A stretch of DNA of 64,000 bases from an uncultured Candidatus Actinomarina sp. (GCA_902634185.1 CACPJC010000001.1:128001-192000); one strand, 5' to 3'; positions 1 to 10,200 are shown, counted from the first letter of the stretch. Program-made: numbers and translations. The notes: generated by a model from the sequence alone, not told the origin.

Positions 1-792
1 TTCTATTACCTCAGATTGTTCAAGGATTTCTTTATACATAAAATGGTCATACCCTGACTTCTCTGCTTCAGATACCTCCCAATCGATTTCTTGAATTTCT
101 CTCTGGATTTCATTTAATTCAGAATCGAACAACTTATATTTACCATTTTTAATTTCTACAAAATCACCATTTTCAAGAAATATCATTTTCTTTGTATGTT
201 CTAAGATTGCTGCTGAATCAGATGCTAGAAAAACCTCATTATCACCAACTCCAAGGACTAGAGGACTCATTAATCTTCCTGCAACAATAGTGCCCTCTTC
301 TTTTGTTGTAGTCACAACAAGGGCATATGTTCCCTCAAGTGTTTTTGCTACATTCACCACTGTTTTTAAAAGATTTCCATTCCATTTTCTGCTTAACTCT
401 ACAGCTACGACTTCCGTGTCAGTGTCTGAATTAAATTTAAATCCATCGTTTGTAAGATCTTTCTTGATTTCTGCATAATTCTCAATAATGCCATTGTGAA
501 TGATTGCAAATTCATCATTGTTGTCTGAATGTGGGTGTGCATTCACATCATTCGGTACTCCATGAGTTGCCCATCTTGTATGACCAATCCCTATATTTCC
601 TAAAATTTGCTTATCTTCTAAATGTTCTTTTAAGACATCGAGTTTACCCTCTTTTTTTTCAATCGTTATTTTGCTTCCATCAGAAATTGCTATTCCTGCT
701 GAATCATATCCTCGATATTCCAAACGAGAGAGACCATTGATTAAGATTGGTAAAGGTTCTTTAGGGCCTGAATACCCTACAATTCCACACAT
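1..792 (-). CDS. glmS: Glutamine--fructose-6-phosphate aminotransferase (5' part; runs off window)
   Basis: Not in the ORF track. Minus strand from 792 reads MCGIVGYSG..., followed by LEYRGYDSAG, GHTRWATHG, AHPH and HNGIIEN, the class II glutamine amidotransferase motifs of GlmS. Lies downstream of glmM. Confidence 0.97.
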   Translation of the reverse strand, partial: MCGIVGYSGPKEPLPILINGLSRLEYRGYDSAGIAISDGSKITIEKKEGKLDVLKEHLEDKQILGNIGIGHTRWATHGVPNDVNAHPHSDNNDEFAIIHNGIIENYAEIKKDLTNDGFKFNSDTDTEVVAVELSRKWNGNLLKTVVNVAKTLEGTYALVVTTTKEEGTIVAGRLMSPLVLGVGDNEVFLASDSAAILEHTKKMIFLENGDFVEIKNGKYKLFDSELNEIQREIQEIDWEVSEAEKSGYDHFMYKEILEQSEVIE

Positions 793-827
793 TATATCTC
801 CATTCCAACGAGCAGGTTAAAATAAAG

Positions 828-965
828 ACTGCTTTAAATTGTCTCTGTTCAGAAATTTCTCTCTGTTTTTAAACAATTTATATCGACTGCAGAGCCGAGT
901 ATGCATCCGCCGAATTTTTCGATAACATACTTCCTCGTCACCTCGTAAAAGGCCAGGCGCTATAT
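828..965 (-). ncRNA. glmS ribozyme (GlcN6P-activated self-cleaving riboswitch)
   Basis: Minus strand AUAGCGCCUGGCCUUUUACGAGGUGACGAGGAAGUAUGUUAUCGAAAAAUUCGGCGGAUGCAUACUCGGCUCUGCAGUCG... contains the core AGCGCC, GACGAGG, UUAUCGAA and UUCGGCGGAUG motifs. P2, P3, P4 and the P3.1 pseudoknot pair by eye. Directly upstream of glmS. Confidence 0.93.
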
Positions 966-998
966 TGCTCGTTATAAAGAGTATATCGATAAGTATGG

Positions 999-2303
999 TT
1001 AATTTAGGTATTTATTAATTTTTGTAATAAGCTCATCTGAAAAATCTTCCATAGCTTCATTACTTTTAGCCTCTACAAGTACACGCAATAATGGCTCTGT
1101 CCCTGAATTACGTATTAAATATCTTCCGTCTAAATCTTTTTTTATTGACATGTCCAAAGCTATCTGATTTATGTATTCTAATTCTTCGTCATTTAATTTA
1201 TTTTTTAATTCTAAGTTTGTCAGTTGTTGTGGGTATTCATAAAGATTCTCTTTCTTAAAATCACTCAAAGCTACACCAAAGTATTGCATAGCTTTCAAAA
1301 CATAGATTAATGTAACTAGACCGTCACCAACTGGTAATAGGTCAGAAATAATGATATGACCAGACTGTTCTCCCCCTAAAGCAGCGTTATATTTTTTCAT
1401 TGCCTCTGCAACATATTTATCACCAACTGGAGTTTCAATAAGATCAAAATTAAATTTTTCTATGGCTTGTTTAAAGCCATAATTTGACATTACCGTACTA
1501 ACAACAATGTTATTAGTAAGCTGATTTACTTCTGATAAATATTTTGAAAGAATTGTTAGTATCAGATCTCCATTTACAATATCTCCGTTTTCATCAACCA
1601 TTATCAATCTATCGGCATCACCGTCAAAAGATGCACCAATTTCACCCTTTTTAATATTTTTTTGTAGATTTTCAGGGACTGTTGCTCCACAGTCTTTATT
1701 AATATTTAGGCCATCCGGTTGATTGTTAATTATTCTGTAATTTGCATTTTTTTTATCAAACAACTCTTTTATGACAGTTGAAGCTGATCCGTTTGCTGCA
1801 TCGATGAGTATTTGAAAATGACTAAAATCAATATCTGTAACCTCATCAAGAAAATTCAGATATTCAAGATGTCCATCACTTAAATTAATTATTTCAGCAT
1901 GTTGATTTGGTAGTTCTAAGCTATCAATATTTTTTTCAATTGATATTTCAACATCATCATCTAATTTTGATCCGTTTTCTTGAATTAACTTTATGCCGTT
2001 ATATTCAGCAGGATTATGTGAAGCAGAAATTATAATTCCAAGATCGTAATTAAATTTTTTCAAAATTATAGGCATTGAGCCAGAAGGTAAAACTCCATGA
2101 TTATAAATGTTTACTTTACTTGAAAATCCTATGGAAATCCATTTCAGAATTTCATCTGAGGATGAACGTGTATCTGAAATAACACCAATATTTTTAGGAT
2201 TTATATGCTGTTCAACAGATGCGGATATTTTGGATATAAGATCTTGACTTAAAGTATCGTTAGGTATCCCCCTAATACCATCAGTACCAAAATACTTCTT
2301 CAA
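999..2303 (-). CDS. glmM: Phosphoglucosamine mutase
   Basis: YFGTDGIRG, ISASHNP, FDGDADR and GGEQSGH motifs; rplM-rpsI-glmM-glmS synteny. Confidence 0.96.
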   Translation of the reverse strand: MKKYFGTDGIRGIPNDTLSQDLISKISASVEQHINPKNIGVISDTRSSSDEILKWISIGFSSKVNIYNHGVLPSGSMPIILKKFNYDLGIIISASHNPAEYNGIKLIQENGSKLDDDVEISIEKNIDSLELPNQHAEIINLSDGHLEYLNFLDEVTDIDFSHFQILIDAANGSASTVIKELFDKKNANYRIINNQPDGLNINKDCGATVPENLQKNIKKGEIGASFDGDADRLIMVDENGDIVNGDLILTILSKYLSEVNQLTNNIVVSTVMSNYGFKQAIEKFNFDLIETPVGDKYVAEAMKKYNAALGGEQSGHIIISDLLPVGDGLVTLIYVLKAMQYFGVALSDFKKENLYEYPQQLTNLELKNKLNDEELEYINQIALDMSIKKDLDGRYLIRNSGTEPLLRVLVEAKSNEAMEDFSDELITKINKYLN

Positions 2304-2310
2304 TGAATTA

Positions 2311-2700
2311 TTATCTTTTAGTAAATTGCTCTGCTCTACGGGCTTTCTTTAGTCCGTATTTTTTTCTTTCAACTTTACGAGCATCTCTAGTGAGAAGACC
2401 TGCTTTTTTTAGTTTTGGTCTAAGTTCTGGATCAAATTGAATTAATGCTCTGGAAATACCTAAAGCTACAGCATCAGCTTGGGCAGATAAACCACTTCCA
2501 TTCACATTAACTTTTAAATTAAACTTTTTTTCCATCCCCACTACGTTAAATGGTTTGTTGATTGTCATCCTCATTGATGGGCTTGGAAAATAGTCTTCGA
2601 TTGTTTTACCATTGAATTCAAAATTTCCCTCACCTTCACTTAACATAACTCTTGCTACAGATGTCTTTCTTCTTCCAGTTCCTAAAATTGTTTTACTCAT
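2311..2700 (-). CDS. rpsI: 30S ribosomal protein S9
   Basis: GTGRRKTSVARV, ERKKYGLKKARR. Confidence 0.98.
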   Translation of the reverse strand: MSKTILGTGRRKTSVARVMLSEGEGNFEFNGKTIEDYFPSPSMRMTINKPFNVVGMEKKFNLKVNVNGSGLSAQADAVALGISRALIQFDPELRPKLKKAGLLTRDARKVERKKYGLKKARRAEQFTKR

Positions 2701-3155
2701 TATTCAACTACTTTCTTTATATCAAAACTTAGTTCAGATGGATTTTGAGCACCATGTGGATGAGTTTCATTTCTATAAACATATAATTTCTTTAAAATTG
2801 ATCTTCCTAGTCTATTTTTTGGAAGCATTCCCCACACTGCGCGTTCTATTATTTTTTCTGGTTTTCTTTTTTTCAACGAATTAAATGATTCTTCTTTTAA
2901 ACCACCAGGATAACCAGAATGATCGTAATACATTTTTTGCTCAGGTTTTTTTGAAGTAGCCTGAATTTTTGATGCATTGATTACTACAACATAGTCTCCT
3001 ACATCTAAGTGAGGAGCAAATTGTGGTTTATGCTTTCCTCTTAATATTTGGGCTATCTCACTAGCTAATCTACCTACAGGTAGTCCACTTGCATCAACTA
3101 AATGCCAATTTCTTTCAGATGACTCAACACCATCAAATGTCGTTTTTGTACTCAT
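2700..3155 (-). CDS. rplM: 50S ribosomal protein L13
   Basis: WHLVDA, GRLASEIA, LRGKHKP, GDYVVVINA. Confidence 0.98.
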   Translation of the reverse strand: MSTKTTFDGVESSERNWHLVDASGLPVGRLASEIAQILRGKHKPQFAPHLDVGDYVVVINASKIQATSKKPEQKMYYDHSGYPGGLKEESFNSLKKRKPEKIIERAVWGMLPKNRLGRSILKKLYVYRNETHPHGAQNPSELSFDIKKVVE

Positions 3156-3213
3156 AAAACCTTAAAGAATCGTAACGAAACTTAAGTATAAATTGTATTC
3201 ATATTTATGGAAA

Positions 3214-3939
3214 CTAGTATTTGATTTTCCATAAATGCAGCCCACTACTTGGAACCATAAATCTGTGCCTGGTATCATTTGGATTCATTAATGACTTTTT
3301 GAGCTCTTTGATTGAAATTTTTCCATCGATAACTGCAAGCTGGCACCCAACAATAGATCTAACCATATTATGAAGGAACGAGTTTCCCTCGATTGTGTAT
3401 ATAAATTTTGAATTCTGAACTGACCACTTGCTTAATGAAATTTTTCTCAATGGTTTCTGATTAGTTCTTAATTTAGAGAAATTTTGAAAATTTTTTTCAC
3501 CCAAAAAAATTTTTGAAATATTATTAAGTTGTTCAAGTTCAAAGTTTTTTTCAATGTAATAGACATAATCTTTTGAAAAAGGTAATTCCTTAGAATTATT
3601 AAGAATAAAATACTTATAAACCCTTAATTTTGCATCAAATCTCGGATTAAATTCGTCTTTTACTTTACTCAATTTATTCATTCTTATCTCATTTGTTATT
3701 AAGGAATTAAACGAGTGTACAAATTTACTATTTAGTTCATGTTGCGAACGAACAGATATTATTTGTGACTTTGCATGAACACCAGAATCTGTTCTTCCAG
3801 AATAATTAAGCTCATAATTATCAATAAGTCTGTCAAGAACTTCTAATATTTCACCCTGTATAGTTCTATTTTTTGGCTGTTGTTGAAAACCATGAAAATT
3901 GGTTCCATTGTAGGAAATGTCTATTTTATAGGTAGGCAA
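3214..3939 (-). CDS. truA: tRNA pseudouridine(38-40) synthase
   Basis: YNGTNFHGFQQQ, SGRTDSGVHA, FLHNMVR; TTG start. Confidence 0.96.
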   Translation of the reverse strand: MPTYKIDISYNGTNFHGFQQQPKNRTIQGEILEVLDRLIDNYELNYSGRTDSGVHAKSQIISVRSQHELNSKFVHSFNSLITNEIRMNKLSKVKDEFNPRFDAKLRVYKYFILNNSKELPFSKDYVYYIEKNFELEQLNNISKIFLGEKNFQNFSKLRTNQKPLRKISLSKWSVQNSKFIYTIEGNSFLHNMVRSIVGCQLAVIDGKISIKELKKSLMNPNDTRHRFMVPSSGLHLWKIKY

Positions 3940-3940
3940 T

Positions 3941-4489
3941 TTAAATTATGATTTTTAATGGATCGGATGTCCAAAAAAGTATAAAAATAAATATTGCTGA
4001 TGCAACTCGCGTATTTCTTTTTTCAATAAAAAATCCCGATTCAAGCGATTTTGAAACAGTCATATAAATCCAAAATATTATCAAAAGAATAAATACTTGA
4101 TTAATTCTTTCTCCAAAATTCATTAATGAACTTTGAATAACATACCAAAGTGCGACAAAACCAATTAGGCCGTGAGAGTATCCTGTAATTGTTACGACTG
4201 CGTTCAAATCTATGTTTTCTTTAAATATTCTTCCAAGGGCAAACCACATTACAAGACTTGAGAATACCCAAGAAAATGTTCCATCAAGAACTCCAAAAAA
4301 TATTAAATCAAAAATATTGCTTAAATTTGAATTTAAGAAAATTGGAGCATAAAGAGCAAGAAGGCTAATTGTGACAACTAGAAATGCATTACCAGTCTCA
4401 TATCTGTCTTGGCTTATTTTTAAAATTGTTTCAGAATCAAATCTGATAAATAGTTTGAATTGTTTCCAAACGTCTTTGAAGGTATTCAA
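3941..4489 (-). CDS. Integral membrane protein (about 5 TM, possibly Yip1-like)
   Basis: Several hydrophobic segments; tightly packed between rplQ and truA. Family assignment is tentative. Confidence 0.7.
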   Translation of the reverse strand: MNTFKDVWKQFKLFIRFDSETILKISQDRYETGNAFLVVTISLLALYAPIFLNSNLSNIFDLIFFGVLDGTFSWVFSSLVMWFALGRIFKENIDLNAVVTITGYSHGLIGFVALWYVIQSSLMNFGERINQVFILLIIFWIYMTVSKSLESGFFIEKRNTRVASAIFIFILFWTSDPLKIII

Positions 4490-4490
4490 G

Positions 4491-4841
4491 TTAGACTAAC
4501 TCAAGTACTGCGAGTTCAGCCCCATCACCTTTTCTATAACTTGTTCTAGTTATTCTGGTATACCCACCATCTCTATCTTGATATTTTGGACCTATCTCAT
4601 CGAAGAGCTTTGCTACAACTGCTTTATTTTGGATAAATTTTAGAACTTGTCTTCTATCATGAAGTGAGCCCTTTTTAGCTTTTGTAATTACCTTATCAGC
4701 ATAAGGCTTTGTAACTTTGGCTTTTGTAAGAGTCGTCTCTATTTTCTCAAATTCAATTAACGATGCAATCAAATTGCCAATGATTTGATCTTCATGAGAG
4801 GATGACCCCCCAAGCAACTTGCCTCTTCTAGGTTTAGGCAT
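4491..4841 (-). CDS. rplQ: 50S ribosomal protein L17
   Basis: IETTLTKAK, RDGGYTRI, RKGDGAE. Confidence 0.98.
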   Translation of the reverse strand: MPKPRRGKLLGGSSSHEDQIIGNLIASLIEFEKIETTLTKAKVTKPYADKVITKAKKGSLHDRRQVLKFIQNKAVVAKLFDEIGPKYQDRDGGYTRITRTSYRKGDGAELAVLELV

Positions 4842-5793
4842 CTGAGTTATCGTCCGAATTCAAGTCAGAGCTTGTAGGCAAGCTGAGACCAAGTTCATCT
4901 AATTTTGCTACAAGTTCATCCAAACTTTTTTGTCCAAAGTTTGTAAGGTTTAACAAGTCATCTTCTGTGTATTCTAAAATTTGACCAACTGTTGTTATAT
5001 TTTCCCTACCCAAACAATTTCTAGGTCTCTCAGACAAATCTAATGCATCTACTGATAATGACAAGTCTGGTGAGCTACCCTCTGAAATGGTAAGTTCACC
5101 TAATTCAAGTCCAACTCCTTCATCAATATCTGCAAACAGTTTCCACAATTCACCTAAAGTTTTACCGACGGAAGAAATTGCTTCACTAGGTTCAATTGAG
5201 CCATCAGTTTCAACATCCAAGCTCAATTTATCGTAGTTGGTAACTTGACCAACTTGGGTTGGTGATACAGCGTAGCTTACTTTTACAACTGGTGAAAATA
5301 TAGAATCTATTGGAATAAAACTTGAATCACTTGTTTTATTTTTATCAGCTAAGCGATACCCAACTCCATGAGCTATAGAAACTTCCATATCTAATGTTGA
5401 ATCGTTTGAAAGGGTACAAATTTTTAGATCTGTGTTCACAACTTCAACACCAGCTGGACATTGAATTTGTGCAGCTTTCACCTCTCCTGGGCCTTTAGCT
5501 TTTACTGTCAATGTATGGCTTTCTTGATCGTCTACCTTCAAGACTAATCTTTTTAGGTTCAGTAAGATATCAAGGACATCTTCAACAACACCTGGAACAG
5601 AAGTAAATTCATGGTTCACTCCATCAATTTTTACTCCAGTTACAGCAACACCTGGGACTCTTGATAATAAAGCCCTTCTCATTGTATTACCTAGGGTTAA
5701 ACCAAAACCTGGTTCGAGTGGTTCAATAACAAAATTTGCTCTTGACTTTCCAAGATCCTCTTGTGATATTTCAGGTCTTTGTAAAATTAACAC
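4834..5793 (-). CDS. rpoA: RNA polymerase alpha subunit
   Basis: IEPLEPGFGLTLGNTMRR, DSIFSPV, NFGQKSL. Confidence 0.98.
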   Translation of the reverse strand: MLILQRPEISQEDLGKSRANFVIEPLEPGFGLTLGNTMRRALLSRVPGVAVTGVKIDGVNHEFTSVPGVVEDVLDILLNLKRLVLKVDDQESHTLTVKAKGPGEVKAAQIQCPAGVEVVNTDLKICTLSNDSTLDMEVSIAHGVGYRLADKNKTSDSSFIPIDSIFSPVVKVSYAVSPTQVGQVTNYDKLSLDVETDGSIEPSEAISSVGKTLGELWKLFADIDEGVGLELGELTISEGSSPDLSLSVDALDLSERPRNCLGRENITTVGQILEYTEDDLLNLTNFGQKSLDELVAKLDELGLSLPTSSDLNSDDNSDA

Positions 5794-5814
5794 TTTTTGC
5801 TCCTCTCCTATATT

Positions 5815-6429
5815 CTATTTCGAATAAAGTTCTACTATTAATTGTTCTTCAATTTGTTGACTTGCGTCATTTCTTGTAGGTTGGTTTAAAACTTCAATAT
5901 TTTTCTTCTTTTCATCAACTTTTAGCCATGATGCAGGTTCTCTGTCTTGTCCAGTATCAATGGTATGTTGAACAATTATTAAATCATTGCTTTGATCTTT
6001 TAGCTCAATTTTATCTCCTGGCTTGACCTGTATAGATGGAATATCTACAAGGTTCCCATTCAATTTAAAATGCCTATGAGAAACTAGCTGTCTAGCTTGC
6101 GGTCTAGTAGACGCAAATCCAGCTCTATAGATAACATTATCGATTCTAGATTCTAAAAGTACCAACAAGTTTTCACCGGTAATTCCTGGCATTCGAGTAG
6201 CTTCTTTATAATAATTTCTGAACTGTTTTTCCATTACACCGTACATGTATCTGACTTTTTGTTTTTCCTTTAACTGAGTTCCGTAATCTGTTTCACGCAT
6301 ACGTTTCTTACCATTTTCACCTGGTGGGTATGGTCTATCTTGAAGTGCTTTGTCACCTTTTCTATTCTCAAAAACATTAAATCCAATTCTTCTAGAAACT
6401 CTTACTCTAGGACCTGTATATCTAGCCAT
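5815..6429 (-). CDS. rpsD: 30S ribosomal protein S4 (Cys-free type)
   Basis: MARYTGP, LESRIDN, QARQLVSH, IVELYSK; no N-terminal Cys ligands. Confidence 0.98.
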   Translation of the reverse strand: MARYTGPRVRVSRRIGFNVFENRKGDKALQDRPYPPGENGKKRMRETDYGTQLKEKQKVRYMYGVMEKQFRNYYKEATRMPGITGENLLVLLESRIDNVIYRAGFASTRPQARQLVSHRHFKLNGNLVDIPSIQVKPGDKIELKDQSNDLIIVQHTIDTGQDREPASWLKVDEKKKNIEVLNQPTRNDASQQIEEQLIVELYSK

Positions 6430-6812
6430 TAGTTTCTTCTCCTCTTTTTAGGACGACATCCATTGTGTGGGGTTGGTGTTATGTCTTTGATAGTTCCTAC
6501 GTCCATTCCCATATTTTGAAGAGTTCTTACTGCTGTTTCTCTACCTGCACCTGTACCACTAATGATTATATCTAATTTGTGTATACCAAATTCTGTTGCT
6601 CGTCTAACAGCCTCTTCTGCTGCAACTTGGGCAGCATATGGAGTTGATTTTCTAGAACCCTTAAATCCAACAGAACCACCAGATGTCCATACAACTGTTT
6701 CACCGTTTGTATCAGAAATATTTATTATAGTGTTGTTAAAACTTGCTTTTATATGCGCTACGCCTGAAGGAATATTTTTTTTATTTTTTTTCTTTGATTT
6801 TTGTTCAGCCAC
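6429..6812 (-). CDS. rpsK: 30S ribosomal protein S11
   Basis: [26 protein letters not shown]. Confidence 0.98.
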   Translation of the reverse strand: MAEQKSKKKNKKNIPSGVAHIKASFNNTIINISDTNGETVVWTSGGSVGFKGSRKSTPYAAQVAAEEAVRRATEFGIHKLDIIISGTGAGRETAVRTLQNMGMDVGTIKDITPTPHNGCRPKKRRRN

Positions 6813-7189
6813 TATTTCATAACTTTCTTCTTACCTGCAATAGCAAATCTTGGACCTTTTCTTGTTCTTGCATTAGTGTGAGTTCTTTGACCTCTTACAG
6901 GTAATCCCGTTCTATGTCTAATACCTTGGTAAGTTCCAATTTCAGTTTTTCTTCTTATGTTTTGTGAAACATCTCTTCTCAAATCACCTTCAACTCTAAA
7001 ATTTGATTCTATATATTTTCTTATCTTTGCAATCTCATCATTTGTAAGATTGTTTACTCTTGTGTCAGGATTTATTTCGAGATCACTACAAATGTCTTCT
7101 GCTCGTTTTGTGCCAATACCGTGTATGTATCTGAGTGAAGCTATAACTCTTTTTTCTCTTGGTATATCAATACCTGAAATTCTAGCCAA
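6812..7189 (-). CDS. rpsM: 30S ribosomal protein S13
   Basis: [27 protein letters not shown]; TTG start. Confidence 0.98.
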   Translation of the reverse strand: MARISGIDIPREKRVIASLRYIHGIGTKRAEDICSDLEINPDTRVNNLTNDEIAKIRKYIESNFRVEGDLRRDVSQNIRRKTEIGTYQGIRHRTGLPVRGQRTHTNARTRKGPRFAIAGKKKVMK

Positions 7190-7191
7190 AC

Positions 7192-7308
7192 TTAACCTTG
7201 CCTTTGCTTATGTCTTGGGTTCCTTTTATTGATAACATATAGCTTGCCTTTACGACGAACTATTTGATCGTTAGGACCTCTTTTTTTTATACTCGCTTTT
7301 ACTTTCAT
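7192..7308 (-). CDS. rpmJ: 50S ribosomal protein L36, zinc-free (C-) type
   Basis: Not in the ORF track. Translates to [38 protein letters not shown] (38 aa), between infA and rpsM. Confidence 0.96.
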   Translation of the reverse strand: MKVKASIKKRGPNDQIVRRKGKLYVINKRNPRHKQRQG

Positions 7309-7529
7309 TTATGTCTCCAAGTAATCCTACCTCTTGTAGGATCATATGGTGATACTTCCATCTCTACTACATCACCAGGTAGAATTCGAATATACTTCAT
7401 TCTCATTTTTCCTGATACATGTGCTAAGATTTCTGCTCCACTCTCAAGCTTGACCTTAAATGAGGCGTTTGGAAGAGTTTCAGTTACAGTCCCCTGTACT
7501 TTAATTATGTTCTTTTCTTTTTCTACCAA
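7305..7529 (-). CDS. infA: Translation initiation factor IF-1
   Basis: [24 protein letters not shown]. Confidence 0.98.
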   Translation of the reverse strand: MVEKEKNIIKVQGTVTETLPNASFKVKLESGAEILAHVSGKMRMKYIRILPGDVVEMEVSPYDPTRGRITWRHK

Positions 7530-7600
7530 AATTACCTGATTTTAAGACCGATTAACTAGATTAGTCTGATTATGAACTATTACCAACAAATTTTGAAAAA

Positions 7601-8347
7601 TTACAATTCTGAAAAAATACATACTTCATCCTCCATTATTCCTATTACGTGTTCCCAGTGAGCGGATTTTTTTCCATCAGCAGTCCTTACAGTCCATCCA
7701 TCTGCATCAACTTTTGTATCTCCGGTACCTAAATTGAACATTGGTTCAATGCAGATTGCCATACCTTTTTTTAACTTAAATCCTTTATTTTTGATACCGT
7801 AATTTGGTACTTGTGGATCTTCATGCATTTCTAGTCCAATCCCATGACCAACATATTCTCTGACAACTCCGTAAGAATTTTTCTTACCAATTTTTTCAAT
7901 TTTATTACCAATAGTCCCTAGCTTTTGACCATCCTTTACAAGTTTTATTGCCTCGTAAAGGGCTTTTTTTGTAACATCGATTAACTTCTGATCTTCACTA
8001 GAAATTTGTCCTATTCCATAAGTGAGAGCTGCGTCTGCATGAAACCCATTTACAGTACAACCAACATCAATTGATAATATATCACCCTCTTCTATAACAA
8101 AATTTTTTGGAATTCCATGAACAATAACATCATTGGGTGATGCACAAATGTATGAAGGAAATCCTCTGTAATTTAGGAAATTTGAGACTGCATTTGATTT
8201 TTTAATTATCTCTTCTGCCTTTTTGTCTAATGTTTCTATTTTTGTTCCGGGTAAAGAAATATTTTGTAATTCTGCATGAATGGTGGCAACTATTTTTCCC
8301 GCTTTTTTCATATTCATAAAATCTTCATTTGATTTGAAAGTAATCAT
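7601..8347 (-). CDS. map: Methionine aminopeptidase type I
   Basis: VIVHGIP, SIDVG, GHGIG, MHEDP, CIEPM, SAHWEH. Confidence 0.97.
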   Translation of the reverse strand: MITFKSNEDFMNMKKAGKIVATIHAELQNISLPGTKIETLDKKAEEIIKKSNAVSNFLNYRGFPSYICASPNDVIVHGIPKNFVIEEGDILSIDVGCTVNGFHADAALTYGIGQISSEDQKLIDVTKKALYEAIKLVKDGQKLGTIGNKIEKIGKKNSYGVVREYVGHGIGLEMHEDPQVPNYGIKNKGFKLKKGMAICIEPMFNLGTGDTKVDADGWTVRTADGKKSAHWEHVIGIMEDEVCIFSEL

Positions 8348-8889
8348 AATTTCATATACTTTGAAATTTCATTGAATATGTCATCAATCTCACCAAATGC
8401 ATTTACAGAATTTAGAACTCCCTTGTTGCTGTAATAGTCAACCAATGGAGCAGTCTCTTTTTTATAAACTTCAAATCGTACTTTTATGGATTCTTCAGTA
8501 TCATCTTCTCTTCCACGATCCAACATACGCTTAACTAATTCTTCTTCATTAACCTCAAATAAAATTACGTTTTTAATTTTCAAGTCATCAATCTCAAGAC
8601 TTTCTGCCTGAGCGATTGTCCTGGGAAATCCATCTAATATAGCTCCGTTATCACAATCAGGTTTTCCTATCCTTTCAATCAACATTGCCGTGACTAAATC
8701 ATCAGATACAAGATTACCTTTGTTTAAAATGTCTTTAGCTATGAGACCTAGTTCCGTTTCATTTTCAACATGATCTCTTAACATTACCCCAGTAGATATA
8801 TGGGGAAGCTTAAAAGTTTCAGATAATTTTTCAGCCTGAGTTCCTTTTCCTGCACCTGGTGGTCCAAGAAAAATAGTGATATTTGTCAA
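8344..8889 (-). CDS. adk: Adenylate kinase (short LID)
   Basis: GPPGAGKGTQ, HISTG, LDGFPRT; short LID RGREDD. Confidence 0.97.
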   Translation of the reverse strand: MTNITIFLGPPGAGKGTQAEKLSETFKLPHISTGVMLRDHVENETELGLIAKDILNKGNLVSDDLVTAMLIERIGKPDCDNGAILDGFPRTIAQAESLEIDDLKIKNVILFEVNEEELVKRMLDRGREDDTEESIKVRFEVYKKETAPLVDYYSNKGVLNSVNAFGEIDDIFNEISKYMKL

Positions 8890-10199
8890 TCAATAAATCC
8901 TTCGTAATTTCTCATACTTAATTGACTCTCTATTTGTTTCATTGTTTCTAGTGCTACACCTACGGTAATGAGTATTGATATACCACTGAAGCCCAAAGGA
9001 ATATCCCAAATCGCTGACGCAATTGATGGTAAAACAGCTACAGATGCAAGGAAAACTGATCCAGGAAGAGTAATTCTGCTAATTATGTGTGATAAATAAT
9101 TTGTTGTTGATATACCTGGACGAACACCAGGAACAAAACCTCCCTGTCTTCTTATCATGTCTGATTGTCTGACTGGATCAAATTGGATAGTGGTATAAAA
9201 ATATGTAAAGAATATTATCAACATTCCTAAAAAGAAAATATAAAACCAGCTAGTACCTTGTGAATTAGCTAGGTTGACATCAATCCAGTTTCTAATTCCT
9301 GCAGTAATTGAGTTATCTTGGGGAAGAGAAGTTGCAATAAGTGCTGGAAAGAAAAGTACACTGGTTGCAAAAATAACAGGAATGACACCAGCACTGTTGA
9401 CCTTTAAAGGTATGTATGTACTTTGACCTCCCATAACTTTTCTACCTCTTACTCTTTTAGCAAATTGAATTGGAATTCTTCTTTGACCCTGCTCTACATA
9501 AATTATTCCAACAATCATGAGGAAAAACATAAGTACTAAAAAGCTAAATTGACCTATCCTACCTTGTCCAGCAGTCACTTGATATGCACCACCAAAGCTA
9601 GCTGGTAATTGGCTTATGATACTTGCAAAAATAATTAAAGACATTCCATTTCCTATGCCTCTTTGAGAGATTAATTCTCCCAACCACATGATGAATGCTG
9701 TTCCAGCAGTCATTGTTAGAACAATTAATCCGACCCTAGACGGCGTATAGTTTGGTATTAAAGATATACCTCCAGTTAAACTTCCACGAGAAAATATATA
9801 AGTTAAACCTGTAGATTGTAACAATGCAAGAACAACTGTAATATATCTTGTCCATTGTGTGATTACTTTTCTTCCTGATTCTCCCTCTTCCTGAAGCTTT
9901 TGCAACCTTGGAATTACAACTGTTAATAATTGCAAAATAATACTTGAAGTGATGTAAGGCATAATACCTAATGCAAAAACTGAAAATGTCTCTAATGCTC
10001 CCCCAGAAAACAAATTTAGTAGTCCATAAATACCTGCTTGAGAACCTGAGTCGGTCAGTCTTTGAACAGCTTCTAAATCAACCCCTGGTACAGGAACTGC
10101 TGCTCCTAATCGATAAACTCCGAACATTAACAAAGTGAAAATAATTCTTTTTCTTAGATCAGGAATTTTAAACATGTATTTGAAAATCGAAAGCTTCAT
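8886..10199 (-). CDS. secY: Preprotein translocase SecY
   Basis: LGIMPYITSSII, GIGNGMSL, GGFVPGVRPG. Confidence 0.98.
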   Translation of the reverse strand: MKLSIFKYMFKIPDLRKRIIFTLLMFGVYRLGAAVPVPGVDLEAVQRLTDSGSQAGIYGLLNLFSGGALETFSVFALGIMPYITSSIILQLLTVVIPRLQKLQEEGESGRKVITQWTRYITVVLALLQSTGLTYIFSRGSLTGGISLIPNYTPSRVGLIVLTMTAGTAFIMWLGELISQRGIGNGMSLIIFASIISQLPASFGGAYQVTAGQGRIGQFSFLVLMFFLMIVGIIYVEQGQRRIPIQFAKRVRGRKVMGGQSTYIPLKVNSAGVIPVIFATSVLFFPALIATSLPQDNSITAGIRNWIDVNLANSQGTSWFYIFFLGMLIIFFTYFYTTIQFDPVRQSDMIRRQGGFVPGVRPGISTTNYLSHIISRITLPGSVFLASVAVLPSIASAIWDIPLGFSGISILITVGVALETMKQIESQLSMRNYEGFID

Positions 10200-10200
10200 A

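Noticed and set aside
290-740. Plus-strand ORFs 290-478 and 504-740
   Set aside because: Antisense shadows of glmS, which the ORF track misses because it runs off the window.
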